Shown here one piece after another: positions 61,304 through 64,000 of a stretch of 64,000 bases of DNA. The position numbers and the translations under genes are program-made. Below the pieces are notes generated by a model, which had not been told where the DNA came from, searched no databases, and saw only the letters and a list, made by a program, of their open reading frames with translations. This stretch comes from Bradymonadia bacterium. Lineage in GTDB: Bacteria; Myxococcota_A; Bradymonadia; UBA7976; UBA1532. Numbering within the stretch: the stretch's first letter is position 1; each line of letters starts with the position of its first letter. The stretch covers positions 1-64,000 of the forward strand of contig JBKAGE010000006.1 of the NCBI GenBank assembly GCA_046290225.1. The letters run 5' to 3'.

Positions 61304-62972
61304 TCAACGGCTTCCGACCGGCATCACGACCCTGAACCCGACCATGCTCTGATTCTGCTGCGGCAGCATTTTGCCTCGGCGCGTCGCGGAGAGCTCATCG
61401 CGGGGGCTGTACCAGCTCCCACCGCGTCTGACCCGAGCACGCCCGCTGTTGTATTGTGCAACTTTAGAGTCTCGATGAGTGTAGTTGGGCACATAGATGT
61501 CCTCGACCCACTCCCAGACATTTCCGACCATGTCGCAAACCCCCTGCTCAGTATTGCCCTTCGTGGTGCTGCATACAGGCCACGTGGAACTCCGTCCACA
61601 CCCCTCACCGGCACTGTCCACAGTGACGGCATGCATGCACGAGATCTCGTTCCCAGCCCAAGGATAACGTTGCGCCTTACCTCGACTCCGCGCTGTGTAT
61701 TCCCACTCAGCTTCTGTAGGCAGCCGCCCTCCAACCCATTGAGCAAAGGCCCTCGCCTGCTCCCAGGACACACAATTCACGGGATGGTCCCGCCTCTCAT
61801 ACTTGCCCCAATTGCAGTAGCTGCCTTTGTCTGGTTTCGTACACTTACCCTCGTTGACACATTCCCCGTACTGACTGACAGTGACTTCACTCTTTGAAAT
61901 ACGAAAAGAGTCAACCTTGGCGTTATAGGTGTATTTCTCATCACTGTCACCTTTCTCATTGCCCATGAGAAAGTCACCACCAGCGATATAGACCAGCTCT
62001 ACACCTATCTGACCGGCCTTACCTGTTGACCTGCACTCAATTTGATAATTCTCGATGACCTGCATCCATGTGCCATATGCATCGTTGAATTCGTCCTTGA
62101 GTTGTTTCTTTTTTTCAGCAGGAAGAGTGGAGTCTTTGAGTTTCATCAGCTTGTCGAGCTTCTTTTTATCAAGCTCGTACTTCTCGATCACGAGAGTGGC
62201 TTTGTCGCACTTTGCCGCCACCTCTTTGGAGATCTGGGTCCAATATTTGGCACGCTTGTTGGCATTGTCCTTGATCTCTTGAGATGCGCCTTTGTAAGCG
62301 GACAGCTTGCTCCAGAGACTCGCCTTCTCAATCGCGGTCTTGTCTTTTGACTTTTCCCCATCAACTGCAGCACTCGTAGTGCTGCAGCATGCCCACATCC
62401 AAGTCAGCGAGACTTCCAAGATCTGGCTGCACCTGCTCAGGCATCACGAGCAAGGTGTTCTGGTTTTGCAGTGGTACGCCGAGACCAAAAGTCTTCTTTG
62501 CACCAGACTTCTGTTTGAGTGTTCTGAAAACCTGAGCAGACATTTTCTGCACGAGGGTATCAAGCTGAGACACACCCAAGGCTGTGCCATTTTGAGAGCT
62601 CTTCAATGCACCAGTCTGTGTATCGTACAACCTCATGGAGACTTTGATGTCCCCACCCACCTCTACGAAGCTCCCGGAAACAATGTAATCAGCACCAATG
62701 TTTCTGCCCGTCTCGACTTCACACTCTCCTTCGCACTGAGCAAGGTCGACACCTGGCGGCAACATCTCCAAGATGTTCTCTCTGGTCATCACGAGAAACT
62801 CTGACTCAGACAGACTGACCGCCTCACCTCGGACGAGGTCGACCATGTATGACACTTGAACAGGCCTGAGACCTGCTCCATTGGCAAACTCGAGCACTGC
62901 GATTTTCTGCTTTGCCTGTGATGGCCTGGGCAGAGCCAGGCACAGTGCGAACAAGCACCACTTCAACGACAT
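61304..62972 (-). pseudogene. Exported CsgG/FlgO-like + FGE-sulfatase (SUMF1) domain protein split by a frameshift near 62372
   Basis: ORF 62361-62972 (signal peptide, KIAVLEF, GRNIGADYIVSG) overlaps ORF 61304-62419 (FLMG, SEVTVSQY, RLPTEAEWEY, DMVGNVWEW, RGGSW, GFR); removing one base joins them. Confidence 0.72.
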
Positions 62973-63239
62973 CCTCAAGAACCTTTCGCGCCAAATCTGG
63001 AGAGCGTTCTCATAATCTTTAAGATGTTCTCATTCAACTGCGTACAGCGGCGAAGTTGAATGATTGCTCATGAAGGCTCGGCTTTGCAGAGGGTGTACCA
63101 ACCCATCATCTGGCCTCTATCTGAGCGGACGAGCAGCCCCAGAGGTCATCGAACGTACAATAGAGTGCATTGCTTGCCCCACACCCCCTGAACGACTGGC
63201 TCAAGTGCAGCTCGGCTGCTACACGACGGCCAAAGATGC

Positions 63240-64000
<761 letters not shown>

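Noticed and set aside
61304..61500. Diversity-generating retroelement target
   Set aside because: No reverse transcriptase or template repeat in this window; kept only as a test to run on the whole genome

Overview
High-GC, densely coding 64-kb chromosomal segment with about 54 CDS. The gene content (many Cys-rich lipoproteins, a ferritin-like exported protein, an ECF/caspase cassette, sigma54-type promoters) suggests a Myxococcota/Bradymonadia-like deltaproteobacterium; this is inference. No rRNA, tRNA, CRISPR array, integrase or reverse transcriptase was seen. Recognisable housekeeping and metabolic genes: trxB, sufBCDS plus a SufT/DUF59 gene, a YdeP/FdhF molybdoenzyme, an RND efflux pair, an iron-containing ADH, a COG0523 GTPase, acs, proB, a LysR/MDR pair, a three-subunit xanthine-dehydrogenase-family enzyme, a GH92 mannosidase and an acyl-CoA dehydrogenase. 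Most notable signals: (1) an ECF sigma / zinc anti-sigma / exported caspase-family protease / Cys-rich lipoprotein operon, divergent from two fasciclin lipoproteins, with the same TTTGCGG-N15-GTGTC motif upstream of both the ECF gene and one fasciclin gene; (2) a TPR protein, a small lipoprotein with a duplicated C-terminal 14-aa peptide, and a divergent ECF-like sigma, resembling a peptide-signalling module; (3) a 245-bp structured MITE-like element with perfect 19-bp inverted ends sitting on a stop codon; (4) an Rpn/YhgA gene with a strong internal RBS predicting an RpnS-type antitoxin; (5) a REP-like hairpin present twice with a compensatory base change; (6) an AT-richer FGE-sulfatase-domain gene split by a frameshift located inside a perfect palindrome. 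All calls come from reading the sequence and motifs by eye; no searches were run.
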